A DNA stretch of 48,197 nucleotides, from contig PS015381.1 of assembly GCA_048213135.1 (NCBI GenBank), positions 4,229 through 52,425 on the forward strand, in the 5' to 3' direction. The stretch is from Reclinomonas americana ATCC 50394 (taxonomy: Eukaryota). Position 1 is the stretch's first letter. Each line of letters opens with the position of its first letter. The notes under the pieces were generated by a model that was not told where the DNA came from, ran no database searches, and worked only from the letters and a program-made list of their open reading frames with translations. This document shows, in pieces, positions 11,479 to 22,902 of the stretch. The translations under genes and the position numbers were made by a program.

Positions 11479-12154
11479 ATGTCCAACGCTGCCACCGGTG
11501 TCTCTCTTCGCGCGTACTTTGTTGCAGCTGCAAACAATGTGGAGGCCCTGAAGGTGCGCAGCAGTCGAGTGTGCGAGAGAGAGAGACACACACAGGGAAT
11601 AATGCATCGATTTCTCCTTTCCACATACAGGCACTTGCCGACGAGGGTGTGAGCATTGTGCGCGCTGCGGGTGCAGAGAGCGGCTGCCGCAGATTCGGCT
11701 AGTTGCGTGTGAATGCACAGAGTCGTCGTCATTCACAAGAAGCCAGTGCGCGCGCTCACTCTGTGTTCACAGCTCCATTTCCCCGGGTGCGCTGGGAAGT
11801 GCCACCCTTGCGTTCATTGGTTCGCCTCTCTCTCTCTCTCTCTCGTCGCTGAGCATGCAACCAACGTAGCTGCTCAATGTTGTGACTTGTGTGTGTTTGC
11901 AGACGACCATGATAATGCCGAATCGGTGGTGGCGAACTTGCAGCGTTTGCGCGGACCGCTGAGTGGCAGTGTCAATGTGACTGCCGTGACGCGTTTCGAG
12001 GTGAGCAAGCTGGTTCAGTGCATTCGTTTTCCCTGCATCTCTGACCTCTCCGTGCATGTCACAGGTCATTGGCCCGAAGGCCGAGCTGGATAAGCTTCGC
12101 GAGGCCCCGGAGGTGCTCATGCTGCAACCGGTCTTCTTTGAGCTGCAGGAGTGA
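11479..12154 (+). CDS. Small ABM-like protein, tandem copy 2, 5 exons
   Basis: Same exon structure as copy 1, MSNAATGVSLRAYF...VFFELQE*, with an intact frame. Confidence 0.75.
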
Positions 12155-12627
12155 GAGCATGTCGACATGGTCAGAGAGTCTTGCTACGGACGCCGTTTTG
12201 GATCATCGTCCGTGGCCAGTGAATAGAGTGTCACCAGATATTTGCATGGCAGCGCGCAGCGGAGCGGAGGTGGTAGTATGATGAATTCGGATCTGCTTGC
12301 ACGCCGCACCACATGGCGCAAACATGCAATATGCAAGGCCTCCAGCAACCACCGCCTCCACAGCAACCCGGACAGGTGACTACGTCGGCGTGTACTTCTG
12401 TGTGGGAGAAGCGGGAGACTCGCGACGGCGGGGTGTATCATGGTGAGTTGCGTTCTGCGGCAGCTTCTGCAACATGCCCTTTTTTTCACACACAGGCTGC
12501 TCCCTGTCGCCACGCGGCTCTGGTCGTCGTCCACCCGAGCGGCAGCTGCCTCGACGCTCAGGCACAGCGTTTCGGGACCGGAGTTACCCATCAATTTAAT
12601 TTGCGTCCGCCACGCACACACACGACC

Positions 12628-14052
12628 ATGTCCAACGCTCCCACCGGTGTCNNNNNNNNNNNNNNNNNNNNNNNNNNNNNNNNNNNNNNNNNNNNNNNNN
12701 NNNNNNNNNNNNNNNNNNNNNNNNNNNNNNNNNNNNNNNNNNNNNNNNNNNNNNNNNNNNNNNNNNNNNNNNNNNNNNNNNNNNNNNNNNNNNNNNNNNN
12801 NNNNNNNNNNNNNNNNNNNNNNNNNNNNNNNNNNNNNNNNNNNNNNNNNNNNNNNNNNNNNNNNNNNNNNNNNNNNNNNNNNNNNNNNNNNNNNNNNNNN
12901 NNNNNNNNNNNNNNNNNNNNNNNNNNNNNNNNNNNNNNNNNNNNNNNNNNNNNNNNNNNNNNNNNNNNNNNNNNNNNNNNNNNNNNNNNNNNNNNNNNNN
13001 NNNNNNNNNNNNNNNNNNNNNNNNNNNNNNNNNNNNNNNNNNNNNNNNNNNNNNNNNNNNNNNNNNNNNNNNNNNNNNNNNNNNNNNNNNNNNNNNNNNN
13101 NNNNNNNNNNNNNNNNNNNNNNNNNNNNNNNNNNNNNNNNNNNNNNNNNNNNNNNNNNNNNNNNNNNNNNNNNNNNNNNNNNNNNNNNNNNNNNNNNNNN
13201 NNNNNNNNNNNNNNNNNNNNNNNNNNNNNNNNNNNNNNNNNNNNNNNNNNNNNNNNNNNNNNNNNNNNNNNNNNNNNNNNNNNNNNNNNNNNNNNNNNNN
13301 NNNNNNNNNNNNNNNNNNNNNNNNNNNNNNNNNNNNNNNNNNNNNNNNNNNNNNNNNNTTCATTCGCGGATACTTTGCCGCTGGAGGCAGCAACGTGGAG
13401 GCCTTCAAGGTGTGCGCGCGAACAGAGCGCGCGGAAAAACCACTCAACATTGTCTGTCATCTCGCATATATCTAACGAACGATTATACTAAACTTGGCAG
13501 GCACTTTCTGATGAGGCTGTGAGCATTACGCGCGCTGCTGGTCCGGAGAGCGGCGTCCGCAAGTTTGGATAGTTGCGTGTACACAACACTGTGAGGAATT
13601 GATGACATCATTGACATTCATCAATCCGCTCTCTCTCTCTCTCTCGCTTCTCCTCTCACGCATTGCTTTCTGAATCACTCGCAGCTCCACCAGCACGGGT
13701 TCGCTGGGGTGCACTCAGTTCGCGTTCGTCGGTTCGTCTCTCTCTCTCTCATACAGTATCTCTTGCTCTGCTGATCTTGTTTGCTGCACTGCAGAGGAGC
13801 ACGAAAATGCCGAGTCTGTGCTGGCGCACTTGGTGCGAGTGCATGCGCCGCTGAGTGGCTCCATCCATGTGGCCGTCATGACGCGTTGCGATGTGAGCCA
13901 CGCTGTGCTATTCTTTTACCAGTTGACTTGTAGTCGTTGCGCACGCTGACCTCCAAGTACAGATCATTGGCTCCAAGGCGGACCTCGACAAGCTCCGCGC
14001 GGCCCCGGAGGTTCTCCCTCTGCAGGCGACGTTCTATGAGCTGCAGGAGTGA
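12628..14052 (+). CDS. Small ABM-like protein, tandem copy 3 (exon 1 split by an N gap)
   Basis: MSNAPTGV before the gap continues as FIRGYFAAGGSNVEAFK after it. The same four introns are present and it ends TFYELQE*. Confidence 0.7.
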
Positions 14053-14395
14053 TTCAGAGCAGCAATTGTGGCGCCGTCCACTGCATTGTTGCAGTCACTT
14101 CCAATGAACACATATGCAGTGGTGCCTCTTGCCAGAATGTTGCATACAAAGTGGTGGGGAAGGCCACAATAACGTTGCATGCGCAGTGACAACTGTGTCT
14201 CTTAGCAATTTCGTTTGTCCTCGAGTGATTGTTGTTTTCGTTGTGAGTGTGTTTCGCTGCGAGCAGACTGTGTGTGAGGTGAGTTCTCATTCAAGCGCTA
14301 CACTGAGAGCATCGCCTTGCTGCATGCCTCCCTCACGAACTCATTGTTATTTCTCCGACCTGTGTCTCTCTCTTTCTCTCTCTCTGTGAAGAAGA

Positions 14396-14565
14396 ATGTC
14401 GCTGTCGAGTGTGTGCGTGCGTGTGCAAACTCAAGGTGGCGATCGCAAGAGCATTGTCACCGTCNNNNNNNNNNNNNNNNNNNNNNNNNNNNNNNNNNNN
14501 NNNNNNNNNNNNNNNNNNNNNNNNNNNNNNNNNNNNNNNNNNNNNNNNNNNNNNNNNNNNNNAGC

Positions 14566-14643
<78 letters not shown>

Positions 14644-16177
14644 TACATACATACATACATACATACATACACACGCACACATGTGAGAGAGAGAGCAGTG
14701 TGATCCGTTTCTTTGCATGATCACATCTTTGCTCTTGCACTCTCTGTGCCCTCGCCTTCTCACTCGCTCGTTCCTCTCTTGTGCTCTTCTCCCCATCGCC
14801 CTCTCTTCTTCTCACTCACTGCAGTTACGTGCTGCGCCACTTCTGTTCTCTCTGTGATCTCCTCTCCTCTTTCGTTGCTCTCTTCCCTTCTCACTCGCTC
14901 GTCCTCACCCTTGCTCTCCCTCGTCGTGCTCTCCTTCTCTCACTCATTCCCCTCTTCCCTTCTCTCTGTCTCCCTCCCATTGCCCTCTCCTCTTCTCGCC
15001 ACTCGCTTTTTTTCGCGTGCTGTGCCCCCCATCACCCACCTTGCAGTCAGTTCTGGTCGCACTCAGTGGCCTTCTCGTTCTCTCCCGCTCGTCCTCACCC
15101 TCGTTCTCCCCCGATGCCCTCTCCTCCTCTCACTCCTTCCCCTCTCCTCCAACGCACTCGCTCCTTCCACTCTCGATGCACCCCTTCTCACTCCCAGTTG
15201 CTGTCACTTGCATTCAGTCTCCTACTTTCATTCATTCCCCCTTTCCCTTTACACTCACTCGTCGTTCCTCACCCTTATCCTCCCTCCTCTTCTCACTCCC
15301 CTTCTTCTCCATTGCCTTCTCCTATTCTCCCCCAGTTCCCTGCACACTGGCAACTGCCGACGGCGGCTTTGAGGTGCACGCCGACGAGCGTGTGCACGAT
15401 GTGGCCAGTGTGCTGACCAGTGGAGAAGGCGTGGTGCTGCGTGTGTGTGCTGCGCAACTCGCGGCCATCGGTGCGCGTGTGCCTGTGTGTGAGAGAGAGC
15501 TGTCTCCTCTCCGCTCACGTTGTTTTTTCCTTCCTGTCAAGAACCCGTGTTCCGTGTTCCGACTCTGCGTGGCGTCGAGTCACCAGAGGTCATCAGTGAG
15601 GAGGAGTGGGCGGTGCGCGTGGATCTGGCCGCGGTGTATCGCCTGATTGCGAAGCTTGGATGGTTTGCGCGAGTGATGACACCTTGTGCATCATTGTTTC
15701 TCTCTTTAAAGACTTCAAGCCAGGGATGACTTGATTTACGGGCATGCCACAGCACGAGTGCCGGGTCATGAAGAGCACTTCCTCATCAACCCGTTTGGCA
15801 TGCACTTTTCCGAGGTATGTTTGTGCTCACCATCTTGTCTATTCTATTTCTCGCTCTCGTATGGTGTTGCTTTCTCTCGTCTCTCTTTCTCTCTCGTCGT
15901 CGCATGCCAATCAACCTCTGCCTCTCTCTTCTCATCTTCTTCTCATCTCTCAGTTTCTCTCACCTTCCCGTCAATTCCCTCCCCCTCCATGTCTTCTGTC
16001 TTTCACTTTCTTTCGTATGTTGCTTCTCGTGCCCGTATCTCAGTGTTTCCTCTCACTTTTCACTCGGTGCACAATCGCTCCCACGCTCGTCTCTCGCGTC
16101 CATCTCTTGCCTCCCGCCCCTTTCGTTCTCGTGTATTGCAGCTCTTGTTATTCTCTCTCTCTCTCTCTCTCTCTCTG

Positions 16178-16238
<61 letters not shown>

Positions 16239-17044
16239 GTCTGTCTGTCTGCCTGCCTGTGCTCTCATCCCTCACTCCCTTTCACTCCGTCTCTTCCTCT
16301 CCTTCGTTCTCGTATTATCTTTCGTCTGTTCCCTCTTCCCCCTCTCGATATATTGTCTTCAAGACAGCTGTTGCTTGTTTGTTGGTGAATGAATTTGTTG
16401 TTGTCTTCTTCTCCATTCCCTCTCTTCCTTTCCCTCTCATTCTCACCTCCCTTCCCCCTCGCAAGATCACCGCCTCCAGCCTGGTCAAAATCGACATCCA
16501 CGGCGACATTGTGCACCCGGGCAACTCGCGCTTCGGCATCAACCGCGCCGGCTTTGTGCTGCACTCGGCGGTGCATGCGTCGCGCGAGGAACTGCGCTGC
16601 GTGATTCACACGCACTACCTGCCGGCGGCCGCCGTGGCCTGCTCGGAGCGTGGATTCGTGCCGACGCTGTCGCAGACGAGCATGTCGATCGGGCACGTGG
16701 CCACTCACGAGTACGAGGGCGTGGCGGTGGACGAGAGCGAGCGAGAGCGCTTGGTAGCCGATTTCGGCGACCAGTCCACCACGTGCATGATTCTCAAGAA
16801 TCACGGCATTCTGGCGTGCGGTCGAACCGTGGCCGAGGCGTACTACAAGCTTCACTTTTTCCACGAGGCGTGCCGCATTCAGGTCACCATGGCCGGTCTC
16901 GGTGCCCCACATCCACCCGCCGAGGGCGTGATGGAAAAGGTGATTCACGTCTCCAACACCTTCAATGCGGAGGGTGTGGGAGTGAAAGAGCTGGCGGCCA
17001 TGAAGCGAGTACTGGCCAAGGAGAGCACCGAGTGGATGTTGTGA
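14396..17044 (+). CDS. Class II aldolase/adducin-head domain protein with a possible ubiquitin-like N-terminal extension
   Basis: EEWAVRVDLAAVYRLIAKLGWDDLIYGHATARVPG, HFLINPFGMHFSEITASSLVKID, GFVLHSAVH, CVIHTH and ILKNHG (Zn-binding His pattern). Core exons 15336-15470, 15542-15662, 15724-15814 and 16466-17044 are solid. The 5' exons from 14396 are tentative. Confidence 0.85.
14567..14672 (+). repeat. (CA)n followed by (CATA)n microsatellite
   Basis: Directly visible. Confidence 0.95.
16152..16260 (+). repeat. (CT)n/(TGTC)n microsatellite in an intron
   Basis: Directly visible. Confidence 0.95.
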
Positions 17045-18838
17045 GGTGGGGAATGAAGGGCTGCACGCGAGGAGGACAAGGGTTGCACAGAAGGAGAGTC
17101 TAAACTGCTCGGAGAGGGAGTCTGTAGATTCGTATAACAAGGTGACGACACACGGGCGCCAAAAAAAAAACGAGTAGACACAACAAAGGCGCGGAAAGAG
17201 TGAAATAATGGCAATTAGAAATCATGACACGGATTCTCTCACCACAGCGGTGCTATGGGTATTAAGTTCAAGCCCACGACAAGGATTGTGCAGAGCAACA
17301 CTGTCCTGCTCTTCGCGCCATCACGACAACACACTCAGTCTTGTCTGTTTGTCTGTTTGTCTGTGTGTATGTATGTATGTACGCGTGTGTGTCTTTCTCT
17401 CGCTGTCGTTCTCTGTGACTGGCTGTCACTCTCGCAGTCTGTCTGCCAGACTGTCTGTTGTGCGTATGTGTTCTTTCTCCTTTTCTTTTCCATTCTCTCT
17501 TCCCTTCTCTCGTCTCCCCCATTGCCATCCTGTGATCCCCCATCGCATCATCGCAGCGTAGGCATACATCCTGCTCTGTATTGGCAACTAGCTCACGCAG
17601 AAACCTGCTTCAGGACAACCTTCTCTTGTACATGCACTACAGAAAGTAAGGACACAAGGGAAAATGGAATGGATACATGGATTGGGTGTGGTGGGGGGAG
17701 GTGGCTGGCGCGAGGCAGCAGTCGATGCAGTCAGTCGTTCAGAGACCTGTGCCGAGGATGCGGTTGGTGAGACAGCCGACGTGGAGAGAGAGATACAGAT
17801 TCCAAATAGGGTACGAAACGCTCTGGCGCTGGCGATTCGTCGGCCTCAACCTCGTCTGGTCGCTCCCTCACATGCTCCTCCACATCACGCGGTGACGGCT
17901 GAACACATACACGCACATCGTCGTCAGGTGGTGATGGATGACACAGATGCACAGCGCTGCGACGAAACCTGTGGCGAGGCAGATGGGGAAGCGGAGGGTG
18001 ACACACGTTCGAAAGCCGATGGGCGCGCTGCAATGTCCCTCGGGTCCTGCTTTCAGTGGGCATGTTGGGTCAGCGCGNNNNNNNNNNNNNNNNNNNNNNN
18101 NNNNNNNNNNNNNNNNNNNNNNNNNNNNNNNNNNNNNNNNNNNNNNNNNNNNNNNNNNNNNNNNNNNNNNNNNNNNNNNNNNNNNNNNNNNNNNNNNNNN
18201 NNNNNNNNNNNNNNNNNNNNNNNNNNNNNNNNNNNNNNNNNNNNNNNNNNNNNNNNNNNNNNNNNNNNNNNNNNNNNNNNNNNNNNNNNNNNNNNNNNNN
18301 NNNNNNNNNNNNNNNNNNNNNNNNNNNNNNNNNNNNNNNNNNNNNNNNNNNNNNNNNNNNNNNNNNNNNNNNNNNNNNNNNNNNNNNNNNNNNNNNNNNN
18401 NNNNNNNNNNNNNNNNNNNNNNNNNNNNNNNNNNNNNNNNNNNNNNNNNNNNNNNNNNNNNNNNNNNNNNNNNNNNNNNNNNNNNNNNNNNNNNNNNNNN
18501 NNNNNNNNNNNNNNNNNNNNNNNNNNNNNNNNNNNNNNNNNNNNNNNNNNNNNNNNNNNNNNNNNNNNNNNNNNNNNNNNNNNNNNNNNNNNNNNNNNNN
18601 NNNNNNNNNNNNNNNNNNNNNNNNNNNNNNNNNNNNNNNNNNNNNNNNNNNNNNNNNNNNNNNNNNNNNNNNNNNNNNNNNNNNNNNNNNNNNNNNNNNN
18701 NNNNNNNNNNNNNNNNNNNNNNNNNNNNNNNNNNNNNNNNNNNNNNNNNNNNNNNNNNNNNNNNNNNNNNNNNNNNNNNNNNNNNNNNNNNNNNNNNNNN
18801 NNNNNNNNNNNNNNNNNNNNNCTCGCTCGTACACTTCT

Positions 18839-18890
<52 letters not shown>

Positions 18891-19641
18891 TCTCCCTCTC
18901 TCTCGTCCATCGACTGTCAAATCTTTCCTATAGCACGCGCGTCACGATGCACTCTCTGCTCACTGACTCATTCTCGCGCGTGCACCCTTTGCAGTCTCAC
19001 TGCTACGCAGGTCTCTGCAGAGGCGCTCTTTTGTCTCTCTCTCCAAACTCCGTTTATGACTGATTCTGTCTGTGTGCACACACCCTCTGCTCCCTGTGAT
19101 CTGCGCAGAGGAGGAGAAGGAGGAGGAGTAGGCAAGGAAGAAGAAGAAGAAGAAGGAGAAAGGAAGCACAACAACAACAGCAACAAGAAGACGGAAAGTC
19201 ACATTGTCGACACACGAACAACACACTCTCTCTCTCTCTCTCTTTCTTGCTCTATGCGTGCTCACTCTCTGTTCTCCTCCTCCCTGCTTTCCCTTGCCTT
19301 TCCCCCTCGCCCCTTCCCCTTGCCGNNNNNNNNNNNNNNNNNNNNNNNNNNNNNNNNNNNNNNNNNNNNNNNNNNNNNNNNNNNNNNNNNNNNNNNNNNN
19401 NNNNNNNNNNNNNNNNNNNNNNNNNNNNNNNNNNNNNNNNNNNNNNNNNNNNNNNNNNNNNNNNNNNNNNNNNNNNNNNNNNNNNNNNNNNNNNNNNNNN
19501 NNNNNNNNNNNNNNNNNNNNNNNNNNNNNNNNNNNNNNNNNNNNNNNNNNNNNNNNNNNNNNNNNNNNNNNNNNNNNNNNNNNNNNNNNNNNNNNNNNNN
19601 NNNNNNNNNNNNNNNNNNNNACACACACACACTCACACACG

Positions 19642-19678
<37 letters not shown>

Positions 19679-20399
19679 CAACAAGATAGTACGTGCGAGT
19701 GCGTGCGTGTCTGAGTGATTGAGAACGAAATGCTGCTCGTCAATAGAGAAGGTGATCTGTGTAAAAGAGAGGTGTGCACAGACACACTCAGAGGCTGCTG
19801 AAAAGCAAGAGACAAGCGACTCTGTGTGCTCTGGTGTGTCTGAGTGTTGAGAACGAATGAGTTAAATGAATGATGACTGAGGCTGGGTGAGCGATAACAA
19901 GAGAGAGGCACACACACACAGACACACACAGACACAACGCACAGAGAGAGACAAGCGACGATGACGAACAACATGGCGCGCAAAACACACACTCTCTCTC
20001 TCTGTCTCGCTCTCTCTCTCACTCACACACACCGCCTCTCTGACGAACAGCACACATTATCATCTCTCTCATCTCTCTGTGCGAGCACACAGGCACCAAA
20101 AAAAGATCTTCGCAGAGCCCTCTTTTTTCGTGTCCGAGTGTGTGTACGTTCAATGATGCGCGCTTGTGTGTAGCACGAGAGAAAGAAGAATAAGAAGATA
20201 GACAAAGGTTAACACACCGATGCGCCGCCCTTCTCGCTCATGATTCGCAAATGTTGTGTGTCGACGTTAAGGTCCAGTCCCACAGGACCGTTGTTGTTGA
20301 GGCCGGCCGGTGAAGAGACGGAGAGACCGCCTGTGTGGCATGCACTCGGGATGCACGCTCTTCATACGCACCGCGAGATCCGGCATGCATGCGCTGTAT

Positions 20400-21230
20400 T
20401 TCATGGGGAGACAAGAAAGCTCGCGACGACCCACATGCACCGCTGCGTATGTTGATACACTCGGTGTATTCGTGCGCCCAGCTCATCCATGGCCATCGCC
20501 ACCGCGGACACCTCTGCGCGCCCGCCCGTAAACGGTGGTGGTAGCGGCAGTGTCGATGACGACGGCGGCGGGAGTGCTGGCATGCATATGGGCGGAAAAG
20601 AGATGGCTGCTCGGTGGTGCGACGGCTTCGCTGGCGTCCTCCGTGAACGGGAGCACGCGACGTGCCGCTGAACGTGAGACTTCTCATGCTCGAAGCACGA
20701 CGCGATCCCCGATGTCGTGCAGCGTCCACCTCGGCCTCGCTTGCACGCGCAGGCGGTGACTGTAGCGGTGGCAGCGGTGGCAACGGAGGAAGCAGCGCAG
20801 CAGCAGCAGCAGCAGCAGCAGCAGGCTTCGCCGGCGACTGCATCATCGTCACCTCCACTCGTCGCATGATCGTCCTCGTCATAGAACTGATCACGATCGC
20901 GCACTCCCACATAGGCCGCCGCCACATACCCACTGGCATCGTCCTCCACACGAGGCACCTCTTCCTCCCGTCGCTTCCTCTACCACCATCACCTGCATCC
21001 TCTCTTTGCTGCTCATCACTACATTCACGCACGATGGCTGCGTCAGAACGCGATCGCGATCCAGAGCCGATACCGTCACGGCGATCGAATTCTTCCGCAT
21101 CGGCGATGAGACACACACATCATCCCATCCAGTCATTCAATACTCCACACTAGTACTCTCCTTTGCGAGTCTCTGCCTTCTCCTCGTGTTGCGACAGCAG
21201 TAGAGCATTGTTTTCGAGGCATGGTGTCAA
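20400..21230 (-). pseudogene. Frameshifted partial duplicate of the 5' half of CDT1
   Basis: High similarity to about 24730-25680 (PRVEDDASGYVAAA.VGVRDRDQFYDEDDHATS; PPARASEAEVDAARHRGSRRASSM; PPPFTGGRAEVSAVA). The homologous peptides fall in different frames (2-nt deletion at agtgtggagg to agtggagg) and the conserved C-terminal domains are missing. Confidence 0.8.
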
Positions 21231-21677
21231 AGAATGGCGCCGTCTTGGCAATGGTACCCGATTGGCGCCGGAGTACCTCGCTGTACCTGCCGTCGCTTCA
21301 TTGTCTATGTGATCGTTAAATGCGCATGCTGCAAGCGGCCGGGGAAGTCCGCTGCGCTGCGCGCATACAACACATGTGCATGCATGATTCGCGATCGCGT
21401 CGGAAAAACTCGAACACTCAAACACTGCTCTTCTTTCACAGCATGCACAGTACACTCGCGCGTGTCCTCAGTTTTTTGCATCTCCCTCGCCCTCTCCTCT
21501 CACATTTCGCCCTCGACCTCCCACCATTTTTGGAAGCGTTAGCCCGGCGCGATCGACCCAAGAATGACCATGTCGGCCAAGCATTGCATTGAAGGTGCGG
21601 GCGAGATACGCGGCGGCTCTCTCGTTTTCCTTTCCTTCCCGCACTCAGAGAGCACACAACCCACACACACACACACA

Positions 21678-22711
21678 ATGATCCGTCCAATCGTTTTGAC
21701 TCTCGCCGCCCTGCTGGTGGTCATTCAGCTCGCCAGTTTTGCGCAAGCACAAGGCGGCTGTTCCGTACATGCATTGTAGCGTAATCCACGCGTACCCTCG
21801 GGCTCACCCGACTCTCCCTCTCCTTCTCCCTCCCTCTCTCTCCCTCTCTCTCCCTCTCTCTCCCTCCATCAGCCTGCGCGGCCAACGCTGGTGTCTGCAA
21901 CCCGAACGGCTACTGCGACAGCAACAAGAAGTGCCAGTGCCACGACGGCTGCATCAACGTCGGCGGCAACAAGAACGTCTGCGAGAAGTGGTCTGGTCCC
22001 TTCTGCCAGTGCCACCGCGCCGGCACCTGCAACAACCACGGCAGCTGCATTGCGGAGAACGGCTCGTGCCTGTGCGATCCGGGTTGGGCGGGCCTGAACT
22101 GCGAGGCGAATTCGCCCGTGTCGGCCGCCGACGCGATCACCTGGCTCAAGGCCGGCAATGCACGCTTTGTTAGCGACTCGTCGCTGCACCCGAATAACGA
22201 CTTCGTGCGCCGAGTGCAGGTGGCCACTGGCCAGCACCCCTACGCGGCCATTCTGTCGTGCGTCGACTCGCGCGCGGCGCCTGAGCTGCTGTTCGATGCC
22301 GGCCTCGGAGATTTGTTTGTCGAGCGTGCCGCCGGCAACGTGTTCGACGAGCTGTACCTGGCGGCGTCGCTGGAGTACGCCATTATCAAGCTGAACGTGA
22401 AGCTGATTGTGGTGCTCGGCCACACCAAGTGCGGTGCCGTCAGCGAGGCGCTGGAGGCGGTCGAGACAAACACGGTCAACATGCTGCCTGGCCACTTGCC
22501 GCTGCTGGTGGAGGCCATTCGCCCGGCTGTGGAGCAGGCCGAGCACGACCATGCCGACCATGCCACTGTCGACGACGTCGTCTACGAGAACGTGCGCTAC
22601 CAGTTGAGCCTGGTCAAGGCCAACGCGGTGTACCAGCAGAACCAGGGCAACAACCTGCAGGCGGTGGGCGCCGTGTACTCGCTGGAGACTGGTGTGGTCA
22701 CCTGGCTGTAA
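21678..22711 (+). CDS. Secreted beta-class carbonic anhydrase with N-terminal EGF-like Cys-rich repeats; exons 21678-21759 and 21873-22711
   Basis: Signal peptide MIRPIVLTLAALLVVIQLASFAQA. EGF-like segments CNPNGYC..CQC and CNNHGSC..CLCDPGWAGLNCE. Beta-CA motifs LKAGNARF, GQHPYAAILSCVDSR, GLGDLFVERAAGN and VVLGHTKCGAV (Zn ligands C/H/C). Confidence 0.92.
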
Positions 22712-22902
22712 AAAACGCCACCGCCACCTCCTCGACTGGCGATGGAAAAACGCCCGCGCTTCTTTCTAATATGCAAAGGAAAAATGAAGTGCGGTGCGTG
22801 GTGAATGTCAAAAGCGATGCGAAGTAGTGTGCGTGTTGTACAAACATACAAGGCTTTGTGCATGTGACGCCACATCACCCTCCTTCCACACATCCCTCAC
22901 AT

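Noticed and set aside
17560-20230. Gap-riddled interval with short ORFs and a GAA/GGA-rich stretch (19108-19200); possible gene or transposon remnant
   Set aside because: No recognisable protein motif, terminal repeat or consistent exon chain.
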